Shown here: positions 12,817 to 24,876 of the stretch, in pieces | Position numbering within the stretch: the first letter of the stretch is position 1 | Layout: each line of letters starts with the position of its first letter | NCBI GenBank assembly: GCA_046484865.1 | Contig: JAWOID010000006.1 | Span: forward strand, 1 to 28,025 | Source of the DNA: Candidatus Krumholzibacteriia bacterium | GTDB taxonomy: Bacteria > Krumholzibacteriota > Krumholzibacteriia > LZORAL124-64-63 | Length of the DNA: 28,025 nt | Direction: 5' to 3' | Notes under the pieces: model-generated | Databases searched by the model: none | What the model was told of the DNA's origin: nothing | Seen by the model: only the letters and a program-made list of their open reading frames with translations | Program-made: the position numbers and the translations under genes

Positions 12817-13515
12817 ATGGACGTGCGCAAGCTTCACGGCGAAGACGACGGCCTGGACGGATACGGTTCGCGGATCGCGGCGCAGCTGGTCCCGCTGGTC
12901 GTCGAGCAGACGGCCCATGGCGAGCGCCAGATGGATATCTGGTCCCGGTTGATGAAGGACCGGATCGTCTTCCTGGGACTGCCGATCAGCGATCACGTGG
13001 CGAACGTGGTCATCGCGCAGCTCCTCTTCCTGCAGGCGGAGGACCCCGAGCGGGACATCTACCTGTACGTCAACAGCCCCGGCGGCGCGGTGACGGCGGG
13101 CCTTGCGATCTACGATACCATGCAATACATTTCGAACGACGTCGTAACAATTTGCATGGGACAGGCTTCCAGCATGGGGGCGGTGTTGCTGGCGGCGGGA
13201 GCGGCCGGGAAGCGGTCGGCCCTGAACAGTGCGCGGATGATGATTCATCAACCGCTCGGCGGAAGCCAGGGCCAGGCCGCGATGATCGAGATCTACACCA
13301 AGGAAATCCTCTACATCCGGGAAAAGCTGTACGAGATCCTCTCCAAGCACACCGGCCAGCCGCTGGACAAGATCGCGCGGGATTCGGATCGCGACTTCTT
13401 CATGTCCGCGGAGGAGGCGAAGGATTACGGGCTGGTGGACAAGGTCATCCGCAGCCGTCGCGAGATCACGGGCGAAGGCACGGGTGGCGCCAAGGGCGAG
13501 CATGACAAGAAGTAG
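12817..13515 (+). CDS. clpP: ATP-dependent Clp protease proteolytic subunit
   Basis: [28 protein letters not shown] (Ser), MIHQP (His), DRD (Asp); GAGGAG RBS. Confidence 0.97.
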   Translation: MDVRKLHGEDDGLDGYGSRIAAQLVPLVVEQTAHGERQMDIWSRLMKDRIVFLGLPISDHVANVVIAQLLFLQAEDPERDIYLYVNSPGGAVTAGLAIYDTMQYISNDVVTICMGQASSMGAVLLAAGAAGKRSALNSARMMIHQPLGGSQGQAAMIEIYTKEILYIREKLYEILSKHTGQPLDKIARDSDRDFFMSAEEAKDYGLVDKVIRSRREITGEGTGGAKGEHDKK

Positions 13516-13563
13516 GCATCGCCCGGGAGTCCAGATGCCGGACCGTCGGTCCGAGGAGGGACC

Positions 13564-14832
13564 ATGAAACGCCGCCAGAACGGAAGTCCCCAGATGATCA
13601 AGTGCTCGTTCTGCGGACGCGGTCAGGATGAAGTGGCGAAGCTCGTCGCAGGGCCGTCCAGCGTCTACATCTGCAGCGAATGCATCAAGCTGTGCAACGA
13701 TATCCTGGAGGGGGAGCTGATGGAGGAGGCCTCCCTGGCGCCTCCCAAGTTCCCCAAACCCCACGAGATCCGCGAGTATTTGGACCAGTACGTCATCGGC
13801 CAGGACGAGGCCAAGGTCAGCCTGGCGGTGGCGGTCTACAATCACTACAAGCGGATCCACCAGAAGCGTGACGGCGACGGGGTGGAGATCGACAAGAGCA
13901 ACATCCTGCTCATCGGGAACACCGGCACCGGCAAGACGCTGCTGGCGCAGACCCTGGCGCGCTTCCTGAACGTCCCCTTCGCGATCGCCGACGCCACCGC
14001 GCTCACCGAGGCCGGCTACGTGGGCGAGGACGTGGAGAACATCCTCGTGCGGCTGTTGCAGGCGGCCGACTACAACATCCCGGCGGCGGAGCAGGGGATC
14101 GTCTACGTGGACGAGATCGACAAGATCGGCCGCAAGAGCGGCAACCCCTCCATCACCCGGGACGTGTCCGGCGAGGGCGTGCAGCAGGCGCTGCTGAAGA
14201 TCCTCGAGGGCACCGTGGCCAACGTGCCGCCCCAGGGCGGACGCAAGCATCCGCAGCAGAAGTACCTCGAGGTGAACACCAAGAACATCCTGTTCGTCTG
14301 CGGGGGCGCGTTCCAGGGGCTCGAGACGATCATCGAGCGCCGCATCGGCAAGAACGTCCTGGGCTTCGAGCGGGACGAGACCGGCGGCAAGCTCACGCAG
14401 GAGCAGCGGGCCGAGGTGCTCGGGCTGGCCGAGCCCGAGGACCTGATGAAGTACGGGATGATTCCCGAGCTGGTGGGCCGGCTGCCGGTGCTCACGGCCC
14501 TCTCGTCCCTGGACAAGGCCGCCATGGTGCGGATCCTGACGGAGCCGCGAAACGCGCTCGTCAAGCAGTACCAGAAGCTCCTGGAGATGGAGGACGTCGA
14601 GCTGATCTTCGAGCCGGGCGCGCTGGACGCGATCGCCGACCTGGCGATCCAGCGCAAGACCGGCGCTCGCGGGTTGCGTTCGATCCTCGAGCGGGTGATG
14701 CGCAACGTCATGTTCGACGTGCCGGCGCTGGACGAGATCCGGCAGGTGGTGGTCACGCGCGAGACCATCGAGAAGAAGGCCGACCCGCTCCTCATCGGCG
14801 GCGATTCCTCCGCCGAGGTCAAGGAAGCCTGA
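13564..14832 (+). CDS. clpX: ATP-dependent Clp protease ATP-binding subunit
   Basis: Zn finger CSFC...[39 protein letters not shown] loop, TGARGLR. Confidence 0.97.
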   Translation: MKRRQNGSPQMIKCSFCGRGQDEVAKLVAGPSSVYICSECIKLCNDILEGELMEEASLAPPKFPKPHEIREYLDQYVIGQDEAKVSLAVAVYNHYKRIHQKRDGDGVEIDKSNILLIGNTGTGKTLLAQTLARFLNVPFAIADATALTEAGYVGEDVENILVRLLQAADYNIPAAEQGIVYVDEIDKIGRKSGNPSITRDVSGEGVQQALLKILEGTVANVPPQGGRKHPQQKYLEVNTKNILFVCGGAFQGLETIIERRIGKNVLGFERDETGGKLTQEQRAEVLGLAEPEDLMKYGMIPELVGRLPVLTALSSLDKAAMVRILTEPRNALVKQYQKLLEMEDVELIFEPGALDAIADLAIQRKTGARGLRSILERVMRNVMFDVPALDEIRQVVVTRETIEKKADPLLIGGDSSAEVKEA

Positions 14833-14856
14833 CGAACCCATCCCGCCCGTTTCCTC

Positions 14857-14885
14857 GCGCGAGCCGGAGACTCTCCGGCTCGCGC
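14857..14885. repeat. Perfect 13-bp inverted repeat between clpX and lon (no U-tract)
   Basis: GCGCGAGCCGGAG-act-CTCCGGCTCGCGC. Confidence 0.8.
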
Positions 14886-14927
14886 CTTCCTGCCCGGTCC
14901 GCGGATCGGGAACGAGGTACCACGAGC

Positions 14928-17382
<2,455 letters not shown>

Positions 17383-17393
<11 letters not shown>

Positions 17394-17970
17394 GCTCGTG
17401 GCCAGCTGCCCCGACCTGACGGCGCGGCCGGAGCCGCCGCTCCCCGAATTCGCCTTCATGGGTCGGAGCAACTGCGGGAAGTCGAGCTTGATCAACTACG
17501 TTCTGGGCCGCCGCAACCTGGCGCGGACCAGCGGCCAGCCCGGCAAGACGCGCCTGCTGCACTATTACCGGGTGGCGGATCGCTACTACGTGGTGGACAT
17601 GCCCGGCTACGGATACGCCCGGGTGAGCAAGCATCAGCGCGCGGGCTGGCAGAAGCTCTTCCATGCCTACCTGGAGGACCGGGAGCGTCCGCGGGCGCTG
17701 TTCCATCTGCTGGACGTGCGGCACCGCCCCAGTCGTGACGACGTGGAAATCGCCGGGGCGGTGCGCCGTTCCGGCCATCCGTTCGGGGTGGTGATCACGA
17801 AGATCGACAAGGTCGGCACCACCCGCCGTCCGGCCCGGTACGGGCAGATCATCGACGACCTGCTACTGCCGGCGGACACGCCCTTCTTCCCGACCTCGGC
17901 CGAGGCGAGAACAGGGCGAAAAGAGATGCTCGGGTGGATGCAGGAGCTGCTGGCCGCTGCGGAAACCTGA
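17383..17970 (+). CDS. engB: Ribosome biogenesis GTP-binding protein YihA/YsxC
   Basis: [26 protein letters not shown]; follows lon with an 11-nt overlap. Confidence 0.93.
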
Positions 17971-18072
17971 GCCCGGGACCCGGCCGCGGAGCCGCCGAGC
18001 AGGGGGCAGCCGGAGTCCTGGCGGGATTATCGGCCTCCCTGCCCTCCGGGCGGCATCGATAGCGGATGTCAA

Positions 18073-18102
18073 TTGACGTCGGCCCCCTGCCGACGATATA
18101 AT
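18073..18102 (+). promoter_or_regulatory. Near-consensus sigma70 promoter with a palindrome over the -35
   Basis: TTGACG-18 nt-TATAAT; GATGTCAATTGACGTC dyad at 18065-18080. Confidence 0.7.
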
Positions 18103-18167
18103 GCGATCAAGGATTCAGACCGGCGTCGCGAGCGCCGGTTCGGCCGGAAACCGCCCCGGAGGCCCCG

Positions 18168-18638
18168 ATGCTCAGAGCGTCTCGCCCCAGCCCGCGCGCA
18201 ATGGACCGCACCCTGCCGACGAGAGCAGGCGTGTGGATGCCGGCGGCGCTGCTGACGCTGCTGGGGCTGGCGCTGCTGCTGCCGGTGGCGGCGACTGCGA
18301 CCGAGGCGGACATGGCGGAGTTGCCGATGGTGCAGCCGAACCTCTGCCTCACCTGCCACACGGTGGCGGCACCGCAGCCGGCGAGTTCCGAGCTGAATCC
18401 GTTCGGTGCCGACTTCCTCGCGAACGGAAGGCTATGGGACCAGACGCTGGCCCAGAAGGACTCGGACGGAGACGGCTGCCTCAACGGCGCGGAGATCGGC
18501 GACGTCGATGGAGACGGACAGGTCGACGGCAACGTCACCGCGCAGTCCGGCAATCCCGGCGTGCCCGGCGACTGCGCCGCGAACCTGGCCGACGAGCAGA
18601 CGTGGAGTTCGCTGAAGGCGCTGTTCGACGGCCGCTGA
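18168..18638 (+). CDS. Small exported protein: signal peptide, CxxCH heme-c motif, temptin-like/DxDGDG Ca-binding segment, C-terminal TWxxLKALF tail
   Basis: GGAGG RBS at 18158-18162 (alternative starts 18201, 18237). Hydrophobic LLTLLGLALLLPVAATA, CLTCH, LNPFGADF..W..L..KDSDGDGCLNGAEIGDVDGDG, ends ADEQTWSSLKALFDGR. Confidence 0.8.
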   Translation: MLRASRPSPRAMDRTLPTRAGVWMPAALLTLLGLALLLPVAATATEADMAELPMVQPNLCLTCHTVAAPQPASSELNPFGADFLANGRLWDQTLAQKDSDGDGCLNGAEIGDVDGDGQVDGNVTAQSGNPGVPGDCAANLADEQTWSSLKALFDGR

Positions 18639-18641
18639 TTC

Positions 18642-18709
18642 CGGTCCCGGTCATGCTGCGGTTCCAGTCGCCCGACGGGCGGTCAGCAGTCGCGGGGCCG
18701 TTTTTTTTT
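18642..18709 (+). terminator. Probable intrinsic terminator (long imperfect stem + T9)
   Basis: CGGTCCCG/CGGGGCCG outer stem, inner TGCTG/CAGCA and CGCCC/GGGCG, followed by nine T. Confidence 0.6.
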
Positions 18710-18786
18710 GGGTGTGACCCGAGAGCGGTCCCGGGCTGCCGGTGCCGGGTGGCGCCGGACGGGACGGCAGCGAAGGGGGCAGCGAC

Positions 18787-20079
<1,293 letters not shown>

Positions 20080-20124
20080 TCGGGCGATGCCCGCGCCGCG
20101 GGCCGGGCGCCGCCGCAGGCGCTT

Positions 20125-20153
20125 TTGACAGCATCTGGCGGCGGTCATATATT
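20125..20153 (+). promoter_or_regulatory. Sigma70 promoter of tRNA-Lys
   Basis: TTGACA-17 nt-TATATT followed by a GC-rich discriminator (GCGCGGG), typical of stable-RNA promoters. Confidence 0.8.
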
Positions 20154-20188
20154 GCGCGGGCGTCGGCGCCCGCCGCCACCCGGTGCGT

Positions 20189-20264
20189 GGGCCGCTAGCT
20201 CATCAGGTAGAGCATCTCCCTTTTAAGGAGACGGTGCCAGGTTCGAGTCCTGGGCGGCCTACCA
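20189..20264 (+). tRNA. tRNA-Lys (anticodon TTT)
   Basis: 76 nt; GGGCCGC/GCGGCCT-A-CCA acceptor, TAGCTCA..GGTAGAGC D-arm, TCTCC-CTTTTAA-GGAGA anticodon arm, CCAGG-TTCGAGT-CCTGG T-arm. Confidence 0.95.
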
Positions 20265-20344
20265 CCTCATCCGGGTGAGCCTCGCCGCCGGCGCGCTCCC
20301 CGCGCCGGTCCACCGTACTCCGGGGATCTCGCCCCCTCAGCAGA

Positions 20345-20371
20345 GAGGGGCGCAGTTGCGCTGCGCCCCTC
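20345..20371. terminator. Hairpin between convergent tRNA-Lys and pepF (possible bidirectional terminator, no U-tract)
   Basis: GAGGGGCGCAG-ttgcg-CTGCGCCCCTC, a perfect 11-bp stem. Confidence 0.5.
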
Positions 20372-20397
20372 GTCCGCCGTCAGTCCTGTCCGGGCGG

Positions 20398-22329
20398 TCA
20401 GCCCCGCCCGTTGTACCGGGCCCAGGTCTTCTCGAAATCGTCCACCGTCCTGGCGAAGAGCGCCATCGCCTTCTCGATCGGTTCCGGCGTCTCCAGGTCC
20501 ACGCCCGCGTTGCGCAGGATGGTCAGCGGCGGCGCAGACGACCCGGCGCTCAGCATCTGCTCGATGTACCGCTTCGCCGCCTGGTCGCCCTCCCGGCCGA
20601 TCCGGTCGGCCATGGCGATGCCGCTGGTGAGGCCCGTGGCGTAGGTGAAGACGTAGTAGTTGTAGTAGAAGTGCGGGATGAAGATCCATTCGCACTCGTC
20701 GTTCTCGCCCAGGGCGTACTCGGGTCCGTAGTACTCCTGGATCAGCTGGCCGTAGAGATCGTTGAGGAACTCGGCCGTCAGCGGATTCCCCTGCTCGGCG
20801 TGCTCGTGGAAGCGCAGCTCGAAGTCGGCGAACAGCGTCTGGCGGAAGATGGTCAGACGCATGCTCTCGAGACGCTGGTTGAGCAGCAGCAACTGCACGC
20901 CCGGATCCTTGGCGCGCTTCAGCATGTAGTCGGTGAGCAGCGCCTCGTTGGCCGTGCTGGCCACCTCGGCCAGGAACGTCGTGTACGAGGCGTAGACCGG
21001 CGGCTGGTTCTCCGAGCTGTAGACCGAGTGCAGCGCGTGGCCCATCTCGTGCGCCGTCGTGAAGACCGCGTCCAGCGAGTTGTCGAAATTGTGCAGCACG
21101 TACGGATGCACCGCGGCGGCGATCGCGCCGTTGCTGTAGGCGCCGCTGCGCTTGTTCTCGCTCGGATAGACGTCGATCCAGCCGCTGGCCGGATCGAGCC
21201 CAGCATCCAGGCGCTGCACGTAGTCCTTGCCGAGCGGCTGCAGGCCCTCGACGATCAGCTTGCGTCCCTCCTCGTAGGTGTACTCGACGTCCACCTCGGG
21301 GATCAGCGGGTTGTAGAGGTTCGCGAAGGTCAGCGGTCCCTCCACGTCCAGCACCTGCTTGCGCAGCTCGACGTACCGGTGCAGCGTCCGCGGCAGGTTC
21401 TCGCGCACGGTGTCGATGAGCATGCGGTATGCGGTGGGCGAGATGTTGTCGCCGTCCAGTGCCGCCTCCAGCGTGCTCTCGTAGCCGCGGGCCTCCTTGG
21501 TGAGGATGTGCGACTTCACCACGCCGTCGAGCAGCACCGAGAAGGTGGTCTGGTAGCCGCGGAGCGTGCCGAAGAACGCCTCGGTGGCCTGCCTACGCAC
21601 CGCGTAGACGGGCGAGGACCGGTACTTCGAGAAGGAACTGACCTTCAGCGGCACCAGCTCGCCGTTCTCGTCGACGATCTTCGGGAAATCGATGTCCACC
21701 CCGAGCAGCGCCTCGTGGGTGTCGCCGGGCACGCTGCGCACGTTGCCGGTGAGCGCGAGCAGTTCTTCTTCGGCCCTGGAGAGCGTGTGCTCCTGCTGCC
21801 GCCACAGCTCTTCGAAGTAGTAAGCGTACTGCGAGAGTCCCTCGTGCTCCGCCAGGAAGCCCTGGATGACCTCGGGATCGATCGCCAGCAGTTCCGGCTG
21901 CATGTACGCGATTGCCTGACCGAAGCGGGGCATGAGCAGCGCGACCCGCCCCTGATCCTCGCGGGCGGAGTCCACGCCCTGGTCCACGTCGTACCGCGTC
22001 TGGGCGTAGATGTACAGCTTGTAGAGCCGCTCGAGGAGGGCATAGACGTCCTCCTGCGCCTGGTGCAGCGTGGCGGCGGATTCGCCGAGCCGCCCCTGCG
22101 AGCGACCCAGTTCCGGGATCGCCTGTTCCACGGTCTTCAGCTCCTGCTCCCAGGCTTCGCGGGTGGGGAAGATGTCCTCGGGGCTCCACTGGTACTCGCG
22201 GGGAACCTCGGCGCGCGGGGCGTTGGAGTCGGGGCGATACTGGGCGGAGGCGGGCGAGACCAGCAGCAGCACGAGAGCCGCCAGGCCGAGCCGGATCAGC
22301 GACTTCCGCCAGGGACCATTACTCCTCAT
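20398..22329 (-). CDS. pepF: Oligoendopeptidase F (M3B) with N-terminal signal peptide
   Basis: ATG 22329 after GGAGG. WIDVYP..NKRSGAYS, HPYVLHN, HEMGH zinc motif, AEVAST.NE, FRQTLFADFE, IPHFYYNYYVFTYATG. Confidence 0.92.
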   Translation of the reverse strand: MRSNGPWRKSLIRLGLAALVLLLVSPASAQYRPDSNAPRAEVPREYQWSPEDIFPTREAWEQELKTVEQAIPELGRSQGRLGESAATLHQAQEDVYALLERLYKLYIYAQTRYDVDQGVDSAREDQGRVALLMPRFGQAIAYMQPELLAIDPEVIQGFLAEHEGLSQYAYYFEELWRQQEHTLSRAEEELLALTGNVRSVPGDTHEALLGVDIDFPKIVDENGELVPLKVSSFSKYRSSPVYAVRRQATEAFFGTLRGYQTTFSVLLDGVVKSHILTKEARGYESTLEAALDGDNISPTAYRMLIDTVRENLPRTLHRYVELRKQVLDVEGPLTFANLYNPLIPEVDVEYTYEEGRKLIVEGLQPLGKDYVQRLDAGLDPASGWIDVYPSENKRSGAYSNGAIAAAVHPYVLHNFDNSLDAVFTTAHEMGHALHSVYSSENQPPVYASYTTFLAEVASTANEALLTDYMLKRAKDPGVQLLLLNQRLESMRLTIFRQTLFADFELRFHEHAEQGNPLTAEFLNDLYGQLIQEYYGPEYALGENDECEWIFIPHFYYNYYVFTYATGLTSGIAMADRIGREGDQAAKRYIEQMLSAGSSAPPLTILRNAGVDLETPEPIEKAMALFARTVDDFEKTWARYNGRG

Positions 22330-22459
22330 CAGGGACCTCCTCGGGTGCGACGCGAACGGGGGCCCGGTCACCGAAAGGCGGCCGGGCCATCGGGGGAGTC
22401 GTGTGCGGTTCCGGCGCGGCGATGCGCAGACAGCGGAGCCGCTGGTCGCGGACGAGCGC

Positions 22460-23620
22460 TCAGCGGCTCGCCGCCAGGCCCTGGGGAACGGTCAGCACCG
22501 TGCTGCGCCACTCGGGGTTGTCGCCGCCGTCGGGATCGTGATAGCGATACACCGTCAGCGACTTGCCGCACACGAACAGGTCGTCCGGAGCGGCGCCCCA
22601 GATGTCGTAGAACTCCAGGGCGGGCACTTCCAGGATCCGCTCGTGGTCCGTCCGGGACGGCGTGGATTCGCCCGCGAGCAGCACGATGGTCTCGCGCACC
22701 ACGGTGCCGTTCCAGGTGACCAGGAACAGGTCGTAGGTCGTGCCGGTGATCTGCGCCCACATGCCGCCGATGCGCTCGTACAGCGCGGGGCTGTACCGCT
22801 CGGACCAGGTCAGACGCTCGTCCTGGATCACCAGCTGGAACAGCCGGCCCCGGTCGGTGGCCACCAGGTTCCCCTCGAGACGGCTGCTGTCGCCCCAGCC
22901 GGCGGTCACGCCCTCGCGCCCGCCCCGCACCACGCGCAGCTGCCAGCCCCAGGTATCGTCGTTCATCAGGATCTGGCCGTGGAGTCCGCCGATGCCGCGG
23001 GCGGTGACGGCGTTCAGGTTGGCCACCTCGGTCCGGCGGGTCAGCGTATCGACCGGCGCGTCGTTGCGGTCGCGGACGATCACGCGGGGCGCCGTGTCGG
23101 ACCAGGTACCGCCGGTCAGGCGGCGAACCGTCCCCGCCCGGCCCACCGCATGCAAGGAGCCGTCGTACACGCCGAGTCCGAACAGATTCTCGGAGGTACC
23201 GCTCTCCATGCGCGTCCAGCCGCTGCCGGTATTGCGCAGGATCACGCCGCCATGACCGCAGGCGTAATAGGTTGCACCGCCGTCCGGGCTGAACACGTCG
23301 GTCAGACGCGCCGTGGTGCCGCTCGCCTCGAACGTCCACCGGTCACCGTCGAAGTGGGCGATCAGTCCGGGCTGGCCCACGAGGTAGACGTCGGAGCTGC
23401 TGCTGCCCCATGCCCCCATGAACCAAGGTTCGACCGGGGTCACCGGCGGATTCTCGAACGACGGTTCGGCGGGGTCGTCTTCGCAGCCGGTCAACCCGGC
23501 GGCCATCAGCAGGGCCAGGAGCAGCCCCACCAGCCGCAGAACGGTGCCGGCCGTCCGACGGAAACCACGGTTCCGAACGTCGACGCGCGTTCCGGCGGAT
23601 GCGAGCGAATGACTGATCAT
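22460..23620 (-). CDS. Lipoprotein with WD40/YVTN/BNR-like beta-propeller repeats
   Basis: ATG 23620 after GAGGA; lipobox GLTG|C. Repeats WGSSSSDVYLVGQPGLIAHFDGDRW, YYACGHGGVILRNTGSGW, LHAVGRAGTVRRLTGGTW, IWGAAPDDLFVCG. Confidence 0.8.
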   Translation of the reverse strand: MISHSLASAGTRVDVRNRGFRRTAGTVLRLVGLLLALLMAAGLTGCEDDPAEPSFENPPVTPVEPWFMGAWGSSSSDVYLVGQPGLIAHFDGDRWTFEASGTTARLTDVFSPDGGATYYACGHGGVILRNTGSGWTRMESGTSENLFGLGVYDGSLHAVGRAGTVRRLTGGTWSDTAPRVIVRDRNDAPVDTLTRRTEVANLNAVTARGIGGLHGQILMNDDTWGWQLRVVRGGREGVTAGWGDSSRLEGNLVATDRGRLFQLVIQDERLTWSERYSPALYERIGGMWAQITGTTYDLFLVTWNGTVVRETIVLLAGESTPSRTDHERILEVPALEFYDIWGAAPDDLFVCGKSLTVYRYHDPDGGDNPEWRSTVLTVPQGLAASR

Positions 23621-23738
23621 GGTCGGTAGGTCCTCGCTACGTGCTGCCCGGATGCAGTCCGGAGGGGGATGAGGCGCGCGATTCGGCGCGCTCCCGCGGG
23701 GGAGGATGCGCGATCCGTCCTGCCGCGAGCGTCGCGTA

Positions 23739-23767
23739 AATGTAAGTAGCCGGCGGGGGAAAGTCCA
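23739..23767 (-). promoter_or_regulatory. Candidate sigma70 promoter for the lipoprotein(-pepF) unit
   Basis: TGGACT-17 nt-TACATT on the - strand, in an AT-enriched divergent gap. Confidence 0.5.
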
Positions 23768-23873
23768 CACCCAACCGGCACCGCCCGCGCCTGCGCCGGC
23801 TTGCCAGGACCGGTCTCCTTGACCACTATTTACGGGAGAAACGTGGTTTTCTTTGTGAGGGGGACTAGCATCC

Positions 23874-24851
23874 ATGAACCTGTCCTTCCCGCAGCCGCCG
23901 AACGCCGGGTCCGCCGCGGACCCGCACCTCGACCTCTTCGCGGCCATCGATGATCTGCGGCGCCGCCGCAACGCGGTGATCCTGGCGCACTACTACCAGG
24001 AGCCCGACATCCAGGACGTGGCCGACATCGTTGGCGACAGCCTGGAACTGAGCCGCCGCGCCGCCGAGACGCAGGCCGACGTGATCGTCTTCGCCGGCGT
24101 GCACTTCATGGCGGAGACGGCGAAGATCCTCAACCCGGATAAGCAGGTGCTGCTGCCGGATCCGGACGCGGGCTGCAGCCTGGCCGACGGCTGCCCCGCC
24201 GACGAGTTCGCCGCGTTCGTGGCCCGGCATCCCGGCCACGCGGTGGTCACCTACATCAACTGCTCGGCCGCGGTCAAGGCGCTCAGCGACGTCATCTGCA
24301 CGAGCGGCAACGCAGTGCGGATCGTCGACAGCTTCCCTGCCGAGCAGCCGCTGATCTTCGCGCCCGATCGCTACCTGGGCGCGTACGTGGAGCGTCAGCT
24401 CGGACGCGAACTGGTGCTCTGGCCGGGGTCCTGCGAGGTGCACGAGCGCTTCAGCGAGCGCAAGCTGGTGGAACTGAAGGTCACCCGGCCGAACGCGCTG
24501 GTCGCTGCCCATCCCGAGTGCCCGCAGGCGCTGCTGCAGCATGCCGATCACGTGGGCTCCACGGCCACCATCCTGCGCTTCGCGCGCGAGACGTCCGCCC
24601 GTGAACTGATCGTGGTCACCGAGCCGGGCATCCTGCACCAGATGCGCAAGGAGAACCCCGACAAGATCCTGCACGCCGTGCCGGGCGAAGACGAATCCTG
24701 CAACTGCAACGAGTGCCCCTACATGAAGCGCAACACGCTGGAGAAGCTCTATCTCTGCCTGCGCGACGGCGGACCCGAGGTGACCATCCCCGAGGATGTC
24801 CGGCGGCGCGCTCTCGTCCCGATCCAGCGCATGCTCGAGCTGAGCGCTTGA
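23874..24851 (+). CDS. nadA: Quinolinate synthase
   Basis: [50 protein letters not shown]. Confidence 0.96.
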   Translation: MNLSFPQPPNAGSAADPHLDLFAAIDDLRRRRNAVILAHYYQEPDIQDVADIVGDSLELSRRAAETQADVIVFAGVHFMAETAKILNPDKQVLLPDPDAGCSLADGCPADEFAAFVARHPGHAVVTYINCSAAVKALSDVICTSGNAVRIVDSFPAEQPLIFAPDRYLGAYVERQLGRELVLWPGSCEVHERFSERKLVELKVTRPNALVAAHPECPQALLQHADHVGSTATILRFARETSARELIVVTEPGILHQMRKENPDKILHAVPGEDESCNCNECPYMKRNTLEKLYLCLRDGGPEVTIPEDVRRRALVPIQRMLELSA

Positions 24852-24876
24852 TGCGTCCGGGCCGGGGAGGGAGTTC

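Noticed and set aside
18639..18786. Known purine/ZTP/PRPP riboswitch upstream of purA
   Set aside because: Hallmark aptamer sequences are not recognisable on the + strand.
20189..20400. tRNA-Lys (or tRNA-Leu) as an island integration site
   Set aside because: No integrase, no convincing duplicated tRNA 3' end (GAGTCCTGG at ~18013 is too short to be meaningful), and no compositional shift.
23801..23829. TTGCCA-17-CACTAT as the nadA promoter or a regulator site in the AT-rich patch
   Set aside because: The -10 match is weak and no convincing palindrome was found, so it is not supportable.
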